A DNA stretch of 64,000 nt from Candidatus Falkowbacteria bacterium (GTDB lineage Bacteria > Patescibacteriota > Patescibacteriia > Patescibacteriales > UBA12075): NCBI GenBank assembly GCA_043801965.1, contig JAZDLN010000027.1:14479-78478 (forward strand), in the 5' to 3' direction. Positions within the stretch are counted from its first letter, which is position 1; each line of letters opens with the position of its first letter. Positions 1-8,392 of this stretch are shown piece after piece. Below the pieces are notes generated by a model, which saw only the letters and a program-made list of their open reading frames with translations, was not told the DNA's origin and ran no database searches. A program made the position numbers and the translations under genes.

Positions 1-45
1 GTGCTATTATTATGGCACGCAAAAAAGAATAGCCGTATAGAGTAA

Positions 46-396
46 CTACTTTTTGCCGGCAGCGGTTTTTTTAGCGGTCCTGGTTTTTTTCTTGGATATC
101 ACTTTCTTTTCCTCGGGCTTGACCTTAATTTCTTTTTTTGCCCTGACCTCGTCTCTGGCCTGGCGTTTAGCCTTTTTGCTTATTGCTTCCTTGGTAACAC
201 CGGTTACCTTGGCTTTGAATTTTTCGACGCGGCGGGCGGTATCTACGAGTTTTTGCTTGCCCGTATAAAACGGATGGCAGGCGGAACAAAGTTCGGTTTT
301 GGTCTCTTCCCGGGTAGAACCGGCAACGACGATATTGCCGCAAGCGCAGATTATTTTCGCTTTGGCGTAATATTTCGGATGGATGTCTTTCTTCAT
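46..396 (-). CDS. rpmE: 50S ribosomal protein L31 with Lys-rich C-terminal extension
   Basis: [11 protein letters not shown]-terminus, CxC and [10 protein letters not shown] Zn-type motifs typical of L31. The last ~45 aa are a K/A/E-rich tail. Confidence 0.93.
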   Translation of the reverse strand: MKKDIHPKYYAKAKIICACGNIVVAGSTREETKTELCSACHPFYTGKQKLVDTARRVEKFKAKVTGVTKEAISKKAKRQARDEVRAKKEIKVKPEEKKVISKKKTRTAKKTAAGKK

Positions 397-670
397 ATAG
401 TTAATGCGAGATGTAAATTTAATGCGGATAGCGAATATTTATTAAATTTTTATTGCATTAAATCTAAAAATAATACTAACATAAATAAAAAAATAAAGCA
501 AGTAAATGAAGGGCGGGCTGTCGCGAAATCGCGTTCGAGCGCCAGACTGATCGCTTTTCTTTATGTTTATTCATTTTTTTGGCCATTTTTGGTTTTTTGT
601 GTTATAATTTATATTAATTTAAATCTGGTGGAAAACTGGATTTATTTAGTTTATTGTTTAGAATTTCTAT

Positions 671-767
671 TTTTTCGTTAAATTTCGTGGGCATTCGTTG
701 TTTTCGTGTTTTCGGTTTAAGGACGCCAAACACGAAAATAACAAAAAAATACGAAATAAACGAAAAA
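671..767. repeat. Long imperfect hairpin built from TTTCGT / ACGAAA units
   Basis: Perfect 11-bp inner stem ttttcgtgttt (701-711) / aaacacgaaaa (728-738). Outer arms atttcgt/acgaaat and tttttcgtt/aacgaaaaa pair with bulges. Confidence 0.7.
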
Positions 768-804
768 GCTGAAAGCTTAATTTATTTCAAGAACTCGCTT
801 CCCC

Positions 805-1674
805 ATGCCAAAAGTCGATAAAAAAAATCAACAGACCGGATTTATTGATTTTTTAAATCAGAGTTTTAGCGACCGGGAAAAAAATACATCTTATCCGGGG
901 AGGATTATTGCGGAACGAAAAAATAATCAGTCGCGCCCACCCGCGGATCCTGAGCGGGACAAAAAAATTAGAGCTTTTTTGGCGGCCACTCTACCGGTAA
1001 AAAATGATAAATTAAAATTGGTTTTGGATAAAAAACTGCCCGACACAGACATCGAAGGGTGTTTAGTCGAAGAATGGTCGCGTAGAGCCGTAAGTTTTGA
1101 ACGACTATTGAGCGGTTCGGAACGAAAGAATCCGGAGGGGAGCGTCCGCGGGCCGGCGTCCCGTAAGAACGGCCGACACGCAAAACAAAAAATCGAAACC
1201 AGGATAAGCGCGTCTCGCTTGTCCGGGCTCTTGATTTTTGGGTTGATCGCGCTTTTATTTTCTTTCGTGTCGGTCGGTTTCGCGCCGGGGTCGGCGCGAA
1301 GCATAACGGATAAATTAGATAAACTGATCGTTTATCCGATTATATCTATTGCCAAAAGAACCAGTCCGGACGCCCGGGAATTTTACGCGGACGTAAAAGT
1401 CAGCCGGCCCGCCATTACCAAGGGAATTTTAGCCGCCTATATAATAAAAAACAGGCCTCAGGCAGCCGCTTATCCCGATGTCGGTCCCCGCACGATAGTT
1501 GTCACGGAAGAGGATTTGCGCGGTCGGGTAGCCGGAATAGACGAAGAATCCATACCCGCAAACCAGGCCTTGGAGCAGAGGACTCGAAGCGGCGGTAATT
1601 CGCTTTGGCGAAAGATTTTTACCGGTTTGGCCGAGCGATTGGCAGATTTATTGCCGGATAAACCGGATTTTTAA
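805..1674 (+). CDS. hypothetical single-pass membrane protein
   Basis: 289-aa ORF with one hydrophobic segment (LLIFGLIALLFSFVSVGF). No recognisable family motif. Confidence 0.6.
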   Translation: MPKVDKKNQQTGFIDFLNQSFSDREKNTSYPGRIIAERKNNQSRPPADPERDKKIRAFLAATLPVKNDKLKLVLDKKLPDTDIEGCLVEEWSRRAVSFERLLSGSERKNPEGSVRGPASRKNGRHAKQKIETRISASRLSGLLIFGLIALLFSFVSVGFAPGSARSITDKLDKLIVYPIISIAKRTSPDAREFYADVKVSRPAITKGILAAYIIKNRPQAAAYPDVGPRTIVVTEEDLRGRVAGIDEESIPANQALEQRTRSGGNSLWRKIFTGLAERLADLLPDKPDF

Positions 1675-1842
1675 GGATCAGACAGGTCTGACTGGATTTA
1701 TTTGGAAAAATATGATAAAATAAACCTATACCTAAGTTACCGGTATATATTTAGTCAGAAAAATAGCTGATATTAAATAAAATAATTAAAAATACATTTC
1801 GTTAAGATAGGTTTTTCTTATTTTTAGCGAAAAAATAAATTT

Positions 1843-2001
1843 ATGGAAGCATATTGCGTAAAATGTAAAGCTAAGCAGGAAATGGTTGATGGACAGGAAG
1901 TGGAAATGAAGGGTAAGGGCGGACAGGCAAGAAAGGCCATGAAGGGAAAATGCCCGGTTTGCGGCACCACCATGTTTCGGATCATGCCCAAGGCCATATA
2001 A
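1843..2001 (+). CDS. small C4 zinc-ribbon protein (DUF5679-like)
   Basis: 52-aa ORF found by hand, below the ORF-track cutoff: MEAYCVKCKAKQEMVDGQEVEMKGKGGQARKAMKGKCPVCGTTMFRIMPKAI. It has CxxC...CxxC and is followed by a hairpin+T terminator. The listed antisense ORF 1824-2009 is spurious. Confidence 0.72.
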   Translation: MEAYCVKCKAKQEMVDGQEVEMKGKGGQARKAMKGKCPVCGTTMFRIMPKAI

Positions 2002-2028
2002 CCAACCACAGGTTAAGATTAAAACCAG

Positions 2029-2052
2029 AAAACGCCTAAAAGGCGTTTTTTG
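2029..2052 (+). terminator. rho-independent terminator
   Basis: aaacgcc-taaaa-ggcgttt stem-loop followed by a T-run. Confidence 0.7.
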
Positions 2053-2125
2053 TTGACAGTTTTGGTTTTAGCTGTTAATTTAAATTAATATTAATTATTG
2101 AACCTTAAAATACTGGAAAATATTT

Positions 2126-2578
2126 ATGAAGCGAAAACAGATCATATTTTTTTTCGGCGCGCTGGCGCTATTGTCTTTTTTTCTTAATCTGGGCTGGGAG
2201 GCCGCACACAGCTTTTTATATAACTGGAATCAGCCGCCGCTTAAGCCTGATGCGGGGTTTTATATTTTAAGGATTTTGCAGTCCACTTTTTTTGACATGG
2301 TATGGATTGTCATAATTTCCGGCCTGGTTTTTTTTACTGCCGGTTTTAAATTAGACCGGCGCGGATACGCTTTTATTTTTGGCGGCTTGCTGGCATTTTC
2401 TTTCGGACTGGAATGGCATCGGATCTTAGAAGGCGCTTGGCATTATAAAAATTCCATGCCCACGCTAGAAGACCTGGGTCTGCGGTTTCCGGTGGGTCTT
2501 TCACCCTTGGTGCAATTAGCCATTACCGGTATTGTATCGGTTAACATAATTCAACGCCTTTCAGGGAGGGCCGAATAA
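2126..2578 (+). CDS. hypothetical polytopic membrane protein
   Basis: 150-aa ORF with about 4 hydrophobic segments. Its stop overlaps the next start (TAATGATG). Confidence 0.62.
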   Translation: MKRKQIIFFFGALALLSFFLNLGWEAAHSFLYNWNQPPLKPDAGFYILRILQSTFFDMVWIVIISGLVFFTAGFKLDRRGYAFIFGGLLAFSFGLEWHRILEGAWHYKNSMPTLEDLGLRFPVGLSPLVQLAITGIVSVNIIQRLSGRAE

Positions 2579-2811
2579 TGATGTTTTTTAGACAAGCTGA
2601 AGATTTATTAATGCCTTATTTACAGCACCCGGGTTTTGAAGAATTTGAGAGCAAAACTCCAAGGCTTCAGGAATTAACGAAGCAAATCCGGCAGGCGATG
2701 GAGAGTGTGGCCCAATACCACCTCTTTGGTCAGGGATGCACTCGGGTTGACGAAAAAATGGAAAAGATGTTTCGTGAATTTGCCGATATCTGCAAACAGG
2801 GCCTAGGATAA
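2578..2811 (+). CDS. hypothetical protein
   Basis: 77-aa ORF, start coupled to the upstream stop. No family recognised. Confidence 0.5.
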   Translation: MMFFRQAEDLLMPYLQHPGFEEFESKTPRLQELTKQIRQAMESVAQYHLFGQGCTRVDEKMEKMFREFADICKQGLG

Positions 2812-2843
2812 GTAAAACCAAGAGCGCGAAGAAGGGGGCACTT

Positions 2844-3245
2844 ATGTCCGAAAATGGCGATCAAGAAAAGTTGCGCCAGATCCTTGAAAAAACAAAAAAA
2901 CACCCGCTTGATAAGTGGCGATGGGAAGGCGGCCGTTCCACTTTGATTTCCGCGCAGGCAGGCATAATCCTGGTAGAAATTTTCATAGATTATAAAGCCA
3001 TGTGCTGGCCAATCATTCTCAGAGTCTCCAATGCCGCCAGGGAAGCGCTGTTCGAATACAAGGTCAATAATTATTACGGACTGCAAAGAGATGGCCTCGT
3101 TGATCAAAAAGATCATGAACTATATAAGTTTTATGAAAGAATATTGGCTGAATTAAAAATGCGCGTATTGGCCGCCGCGTTGGAAACCTCCCGGCAGGCG
3201 GAACAAAACAAAAAACAACAGCTGGAAGATTTTTTAAAAGAGTAA
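2844..3245 (+). CDS. hypothetical protein
   Basis: 133-aa ORF. A weak hairpin+T-run follows at about 3255-3284. Confidence 0.55.
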   Translation: MSENGDQEKLRQILEKTKKHPLDKWRWEGGRSTLISAQAGIILVEIFIDYKAMCWPIILRVSNAAREALFEYKVNNYYGLQRDGLVDQKDHELYKFYERILAELKMRVLAAALETSRQAEQNKKQQLEDFLKE

Positions 3246-3311
3246 ACAAACAAAATTCCCCCGAAAAAACAGGGGATTTTTTATTGGATTTAAGCCGTTT
3301 TTCAGTGTTAA

Positions 3312-3386
3312 ATCCGCGTAGCTATCAGCGTATTATCCGCGGATAAACTATTTTTCGCGGAATTAACGCGGATTAATACGCGGATT
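3312..3386. promoter_or_regulatory. Array of CGCGGAT/ATCCGCG motifs including perfect palindrome TTATCCGCGGATAA
   Basis: atccgcg at 3312-3318. Perfect 14-nt palindrome at 3333-3346. Direct cgcgga(a/t)t copies start at 3356, 3367 and 3379 (11-12 bp phasing). One further copy lies at 3478-3485. Confidence 0.6.
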
Positions 3387-3417
3387 GGGCGCTTAAAATA
3401 ATATTGAAATTAATTTA

Positions 3418-3446
3418 TTGACTTTCGTTTTTTGTTCGTGTATAAT
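3418..3446 (+). promoter_or_regulatory. near-consensus sigma70-type promoter upstream of lexA
   Basis: TTGACT (3418-3423), 17-nt spacer, TATAAT (3441-3446). Confidence 0.7.
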
Positions 3447-3516
3447 AAAATCATTAGGCATGCTTGTGGATAAGTTACGCGGATAGAATTTAGACGACTT
3501 ATCTATATTAAAACTT

Positions 3517-3544
3517 CCATCCCGCCGGTCTTCGGGCGGGATGG
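3517..3544 (+). promoter_or_regulatory. GC-rich 10-bp hairpin in the lexA leader
   Basis: ccatcccgcc / ggcgggatgg perfect stem with loop ggtcttcg. It lies 36 nt upstream of the preferred lexA ATG and has no adjacent T-run. Confidence 0.55.
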
Positions 3545-3579
3545 TCCATAAACAATTTTTTAATATAAAAACAAAAAAT

Positions 3580-4191
3580 ATGGGAAAAAATTTAACCAAA
3601 AGACAAAGACAGATCATGGATTTCATAACCGAATTTACCGCCGAGAACGGTTTCGCGCCCAGTCTGCGGGAAATCGGCGAGCGGTTCGATCTTAATAGTC
3701 CGGCCACGGTACACGTTCATATCGAAAACCTTAAAAAGCGCGGTATGTTGAGGTCCGGTTATAACGAACCCCGTTCGATCGAGATCGTACCGGTCGACCT
3801 TAGCTGGACCCGGGCTCTGGAACTGCCGCTGGCCGGTCTTATTACGGCCGGCGAGCCGATCGAGGCCCTGGAGGAGCGGGAAACTATCGGCGTGCCGGCT
3901 GATTTCGTCAGGGACGAAGCCAATAGTTACGTTTTAAGGGTCAAGGGACAATCGATGATAGAGGAGGGAATATTGGACGGTGATTACGTGATCGTGGAGC
4001 GCAATCCTTCGCCTGCAAACGGCGACGTGGTCGTGGCTCTTTTAAACAACGCGTACGCCACGCTTAAGAAATTTTATCGGGAAACCAGCCGGATCAGGCT
4101 TCAGCCGGCGAATTCCGCCATGAAACCGATTTATGCCAAAGATCCGTTGATCCAGGGGGTGGTCAGAGGGGTAATCAGAAAATTCGCCTGA
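3580..4191 (+). CDS. lexA: LexA repressor (S24 self-cleaving)
   Basis: N-terminal wHTH (LTKRQRQIMDFI...GFAPSLREIG) and C-terminal S24 domain with Ser (VKGQSM) and Lys (ATLKKF) dyad contexts. Start moved from 3541 to the M giving the canonical N-terminus. Confidence 0.9.
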   Translation: MGKNLTKRQRQIMDFITEFTAENGFAPSLREIGERFDLNSPATVHVHIENLKKRGMLRSGYNEPRSIEIVPVDLSWTRALELPLAGLITAGEPIEALEERETIGVPADFVRDEANSYVLRVKGQSMIEEGILDGDYVIVERNPSPANGDVVVALLNNAYATLKKFYRETSRIRLQPANSAMKPIYAKDPLIQGVVRGVIRKFA

Positions 4192-4221
4192 ATCAAATTA
4201 ATTATAATCAGGATTAATATA

Positions 4222-4250
4222 TTGCATTTTTTCCTGTTTTTTGCTATAAT
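4222..4250 (+). promoter_or_regulatory. sigma70-type promoter
   Basis: TTGCAT, 17-nt spacer, TATAAT. Confidence 0.6.
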
Positions 4251-4279
4251 TAAATCAGTGTTAAAATAATTTAAAACAC

Positions 4280-4675
4280 ATGATCAAAATATTTGCGATT
4301 TTTAGCATTTTTATTTTTATCGTCATGCCGATATTCGGCTTGGCGCCAGTTGCCAATGCCGATTCTAACAGCATGCTTTGGGGCGGTCACGAACAAAACG
4401 TTCAGGTAGCTACTGGGCTTGGCAATACCGACCCTCGGACCATGGCCGGTTCAGTTTTAAAGGTACTGCTTGGATTTTTGGGTATAATCGCGGTTTTGTT
4501 GATTCTTTACGGAGGTTTTAAATGGATGACTGCCGCTGGCGACGAAGGGGACGTAGATACCGCCAAAAAGATAATTTCAGCCGGCGTGATCGGCTTAGTC
4601 ATCATCTTGGCTTCTTTCGCCGTATCCCAATTCGTAATAAACGCGCTCTATAACGCAACCGGAGCTACCGGCTAA
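4280..4675 (+). CDS. TrbC/VirB2-like (T4SS-type) pilin family protein
   Basis: Signal peptide ending ANA, then two TM helices flanking KWMTAAGDEGDVDTAKKII. This layout is typical of conjugative-pilin-like proteins common in CPR (from memory). Confidence 0.68.
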   Translation: MIKIFAIFSIFIFIVMPIFGLAPVANADSNSMLWGGHEQNVQVATGLGNTDPRTMAGSVLKVLLGFLGIIAVLLILYGGFKWMTAAGDEGDVDTAKKIISAGVIGLVIILASFAVSQFVINALYNATGATG

Positions 4676-4703
4676 CATATTAAAAAATACTTCGATTTTT
4701 TAT

Positions 4704-4731
4704 AAAAATGGCCGCTAGACGGCCATTTTTA
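4704..4731 (+). terminator. rho-independent terminator
   Basis: atggccg-ctaga-cggccat stem-loop plus T-run. Confidence 0.75.
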
Positions 4732-4758
4732 GTGCGTAAAAAACAGCTTTTACAACGG

Positions 4759-4787
4759 TTGTTAAAAAAAGGCTTTTTTGGTATAAT
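4759..4787 (+). promoter_or_regulatory. extended -10 promoter ending 6 nt before the ATG (possible leaderless mRNA)
   Basis: TTGTTA, 17-nt spacer ending TGg, TATAAT (4782-4787). The ATG is at 4794. Confidence 0.5.
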
Positions 4788-4793
4788 ATCTTT

Positions 4794-5198
4794 ATGGATA
4801 AAGTCTTTATAATCGAGGACGATATTAACATATTAAGCGGCCTGGAGGCTAAATTCAGTTCCCTGGGCATGTCAGTATCGGTAAATAGCGGCGTTGAGGA
4901 GGCCTGGAAGATCATGCGATCTATAATATCCTTTAAACCGGATTATATTATCCTCGATTTTATATTGCCGTTGACGGACGCTTCAAAAATACTTCACGAC
5001 ATAAAATCAAACGAAGCGACATATAACATACCGGTGTTTGTTTTTTCCGACATAAGCGAGAATGACATAAAAAGCCAATGCCACAATTGGGGAGATATGT
5101 ATTATTTCGTAAAGAACGATTTCAGTCTTGACCAATTCATAGAAAAGGTTATAAAAATAATCAAAAACCGGAAAAAGAACCTAAAGAAGCGCGGGTAA
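4794..5198 (+). CDS. stand-alone response-regulator receiver (CheY-like) protein
   Basis: EDD acidic pocket, ILDFILP phospho-acceptor Asp context, conserved S (VFVFSD) and K (FVKN). No output domain. Its TAA overlaps the next ATG. Confidence 0.75.
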   Translation: MDKVFIIEDDINILSGLEAKFSSLGMSVSVNSGVEEAWKIMRSIISFKPDYIILDFILPLTDASKILHDIKSNEATYNIPVFVFSDISENDIKSQCHNWGDMYYFVKNDFSLDQFIEKVIKIIKNRKKNLKKRG

Positions 5199-7102
5199 TG
5201 CTAAAAAATATGTCTGTAAAAAAAGCGATAATAATTTTAGTGATATTGGCAGCGGCCGGCGGCGGCTTTGTTTATTTTGCTTTGGCTAAAAAACCGGCGG
5301 CGATCTATACGACCCAGGCCGTTACGCGCGGCAAGATCGTCCAGACGGTAAGTGAAACCGGCACGGTAAAATCGGTTAATGAGACAAAATTAGGATTTCT
5401 TAATGCCGGAAAGATCGAAAAGATAAATTTCAGGGTCGGCGATTCGGTTAAAAAAGAGGATATTTTGGCTGAGCTGGATTACAGCGGCCTCTTTACCAGG
5501 GCTCGGGAAGCGCAGGCCAATTTAGACGTGGCCAGAGAAAATTTAAACAAGCTTTTGGCTGGCGCGACCCGTGAAGAAATAGCCGTGACCAGTGCTGGCG
5601 TAGATCAGGCCAAAACCTCTTACAAAGCGGCTCAAAATGAACTTGAGAGAACCCGGGATATGGCTACTGAAAATATCTTCCAGGCCCAAAAAACCCTGGA
5701 TGATCTTTTAAATAAAGATGCCGGCAGTCTAACCACCTATGAACAATCCGTGACAAGCGCTCAAACCAATCTGAGCAACGCCAAGGCAACCCACCAAAGA
5801 TCCATCGATAATAATAAAGCTACGACCCTGGCGGCTATCGAAGATAAGCTAGCCGTGACCAATACCGCTCTCGATACGATCGATCGCACGGTAAAAGACG
5901 AAGACGCGGAGGACATGATCAGCGTTAAAAACTCTGTTTATCTGACAAATACGAATATCGCCTATGGCGAGGCTAAAAATCTTCTGGCGGCGGCTAAAAG
6001 CGGTTTGGCGGCCGCCAAAGCCGATAATGACGATAATACCGCCGTCTCAGCCGCTGAAGCCGGTTTGGCCGCGCTTAATAAAACTTTTTACGCGCTTCAA
6101 TTATGTTTTAGCGCCCTGGAAGCGAGCATCACTTCTTCCGCCTTCAGTCAGGCCGATCTTGATACCCTTAAATCCGGCATAAGCTCGCAGCAAACCCTGG
6201 TGGCGGCCGCTATTACGGCTCTACAAACAGCCAAACAAAACCTTGATAGCGCCATCCTGAATTACACCATTAACGTTTCCGCCTCGGAAGAAAGTCTGGC
6301 CGCCGCGGAGGCCGCGTATAGCAACGCCGTCCGTAACGCTGAAAACGCCTTGTCGTCGGCGAAATATTCCGGCAATCAGCAGATAACTCTGGCCGAATCA
6401 AAGGTCAATGCCGGCCGGGAGGCACTGGCAGTAGCCGAGGCGCAACTTAAAAAGATAACGGCGCCGGCCAATAAATACGACATTTCCCTCACTGAAGCTA
6501 AATTAAGGCAGGCTCAGGCCGCCCTGGACGATACTAATAAACAAATAGAGAATAGCAAGATAATTTCCCCCATGGACGGGTTGGTTACCAAAATAGAGTA
6601 CGAGGTGGGGGAGCAGTCGATGTCCGGTTCCCCGGTAATATACCTGTTGGGAGAGGATAAGTTTGACATTGAAGTCTTGATTTCGGAAGCGGATATATCT
6701 AAAATAAAAACAGGTAATAAAGCAGAGATCACTTTGGATGCTTACGGCGAAGATCGTAAGTTTTTCGGCCATATCGAATTTATCGAACCGGCCGAAACCG
6801 TGATCCAGGACGTTATTTACTATAAGATCGATATCGGTTTTGACGCCGGTAAAGAGGAAATTAAATCCGGCATGACCGCTAACGTGGTTATAATCGCGGC
6901 CGAAAAAGAGAACGCGCTTCTGATACCGGGCCGATCGATAGTGGACAAGAACGGAGACGGGAAGTTTGCCCGGATCCTGGTCGGAAATCAGGTTCAGGAA
7001 AAAAAGATCACCACCGGATTAAGGGGCGACGAGGGCATGGTGGAAATTTTAGCCGGAGTCAACGAAGGCGAGCCGGTAATTACCTATATCGAAGAAAATT
7101 AA
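5198..7102 (+). CDS. HlyD/MacA-family periplasmic adaptor with very long coiled coil
   Basis: N-terminal TM anchor, barrel-sandwich motifs (GKIEKINFRVGDSVKKEDILAELD; SPMDGLVTKIEYEVGE) and an Ala-rich coiled-coil insert of about 350 aa. Sits upstream of MacB-type ABC genes. Confidence 0.85.
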   Translation: MLKNMSVKKAIIILVILAAAGGGFVYFALAKKPAAIYTTQAVTRGKIVQTVSETGTVKSVNETKLGFLNAGKIEKINFRVGDSVKKEDILAELDYSGLFTRAREAQANLDVARENLNKLLAGATREEIAVTSAGVDQAKTSYKAAQNELERTRDMATENIFQAQKTLDDLLNKDAGSLTTYEQSVTSAQTNLSNAKATHQRSIDNNKATTLAAIEDKLAVTNTALDTIDRTVKDEDAEDMISVKNSVYLTNTNIAYGEAKNLLAAAKSGLAAAKADNDDNTAVSAAEAGLAALNKTFYALQLCFSALEASITSSAFSQADLDTLKSGISSQQTLVAAAITALQTAKQNLDSAILNYTINVSASEESLAAAEAAYSNAVRNAENALSSAKYSGNQQITLAESKVNAGREALAVAEAQLKKITAPANKYDISLTEAKLRQAQAALDDTNKQIENSKIISPMDGLVTKIEYEVGEQSMSGSPVIYLLGEDKFDIEVLISEADISKIKTGNKAEITLDAYGEDRKFFGHIEFIEPAETVIQDVIYYKIDIGFDAGKEEIKSGMTANVVIIAAEKENALLIPGRSIVDKNGDGKFARILVGNQVQEKKITTGLRGDEGMVEILAGVNEGEPVITYIEEN

Positions 7103-7131
7103 TAACAAAATAATAAAATAATAAAAAAAGT

Positions 7132-7269
7132 ATGTTTAGAGAAAAACCCATGCAACCAGAACAAACAAAATTAGAGGCCGGGAGGCGGGCCATAGATAGT
7201 GTATTTTCCCGGGATATCACTCCTGATGACGCGGATCAGTTCATGAAAAAGATACAGGAGGCGAAATAA
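7132..7269 (+). CDS. possible small ORF (45 aa)
   Basis: Hand-translated MFREKPMQPEQTKLEAGRRAIDSVFSRDITPDDADQFMKKIQEAK. No family recognised; weak evidence. Confidence 0.3.
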   Translation: MFREKPMQPEQTKLEAGRRAIDSVFSRDITPDDADQFMKKIQEAK

Positions 7270-7303
7270 GCCTGTTTTTAATTAATTCTGACTATTTATC
7301 CAT

Positions 7304-7564
7304 ATGAATTATAAAGAGAAATTGAGAAACCTTATCGCCTTTTCAGGCCTGGACGTAAACCAGAAGAATCTTTGGTCTTTATTTTTACAGATGTCTTTCC
7401 CGGAAGAGGACGAGGCGGTTTTCGAGGCCGTTAACGAAAGCGAGGATAACCTGAATCTCTTAACCGCGCATCTTAAGGACAAGCTGCGGGACATGAAAGA
7501 CACCAACCAGGACACCTGGGAAAGATTGGGCGACGACCAAAAAAGGTTCGCGGAAAGCGTTTAA
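7304..7564 (+). CDS. hypothetical acidic protein
   Basis: 86-aa ORF embedded in the efflux operon. No family recognised. Confidence 0.45.
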   Translation: MNYKEKLRNLIAFSGLDVNQKNLWSLFLQMSFPEEDEAVFEAVNESEDNLNLLTAHLKDKLRDMKDTNQDTWERLGDDQKRFAESV

Positions 7565-7620
7565 CAGTTTTTAGCTTAAAGATATATAAGCGCGTATGGC
7601 CGGATCGAACGGCTCATGAT

Positions 7621-8334
7621 ATGTTGATAGATATCCATAATCTTAAAAAGGAATTTAGAACCGGTGAGGTCGTGACAAAAGTGCTCCACGGCCTTTCTTT
7701 TGTTATTGGCGAAGGAGAATTCGTGGCTATCATGGGTCCGTCCGGCTCGGGAAAATCAACGCTCATGCATATTTTAGGGCTTTTGGACCGACCCTCTTCC
7801 GGGAGTTATAAACTCGCCGGCCGGGAGGTAAGCACCTTAAGCGATAATGAACTGGCCGGCTTCCGGAACGAGAAGATCGGTTTCGTTTTCCAGGCCTTTA
7901 ACCTGCTGCCGCGCACCACGGTTTTGGAAAACGTGAAACTGCCCCTGACTTACGCGGCGGCCAAAGTCGATATGGATAAACGGGCGAAGGAGGTTTTGTC
8001 GAGCGTCGGCCTTTCTCATCGACTGCATCATTTTACGAACCAGATTTCGGGCGGAGAAAAACAGCGGGTGGCGATCGCGCGGGCGCTGGTTAACCGCCCT
8101 TCCGTGATTTTTGCCGATGAACCCACCGGCAACCTTGATTCAAAATCAGGCATCCAGATTATGGAAATTCTGCAGAAACTTAACGATGCCGGCAATACGA
8201 TAATTTTGGTTACGCACGAAACTTATACCGCGGAGCACGCCAAAAGGATCATCGAGGTCAGGGACGGACTCATAACCCGTGACCATAAGATATTAAAAAG
8301 ACGTTTTGCGCACGAAGGAGAAATGCTAAAATAG
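7621..8334 (+). CDS. MacB/LolD-type ABC transporter ATP-binding protein
   Basis: Walker [10 protein letters not shown], signature [15 protein letters not shown], Walker [12 protein letters not shown]. Confidence 0.93.
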   Translation: MLIDIHNLKKEFRTGEVVTKVLHGLSFVIGEGEFVAIMGPSGSGKSTLMHILGLLDRPSSGSYKLAGREVSTLSDNELAGFRNEKIGFVFQAFNLLPRTTVLENVKLPLTYAAAKVDMDKRAKEVLSSVGLSHRLHHFTNQISGGEKQRVAIARALVNRPSVIFADEPTGNLDSKSGIQIMEILQKLNDAGNTIILVTHETYTAEHAKRIIEVRDGLITRDHKILKRRFAHEGEMLK

Positions 8335-8392
8335 TTTTTAAAAGAAAATAGCGTCTCAGATTCTTACATAATATCGCCTTAATCCTCAAGTC

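Noticed and set aside
253-681. 142-aa plus-strand ORF overlapping rpmE antisense and running into AT-rich intergenic DNA
   Set aside because: It overlaps a confidently identified L31 gene on the other strand. Its sequence is low-complexity and hydrophobic, read out of AT-rich spacer, and it has no start context.
3300-3580. Canonical LexA boxes (CTGT-N8-ACAG or CGAAC-N4-GTTCG) upstream of lexA
   Set aside because: No such site was found by eye. Only an isolated gttcg (3433-3437) without a partner half-site is present.
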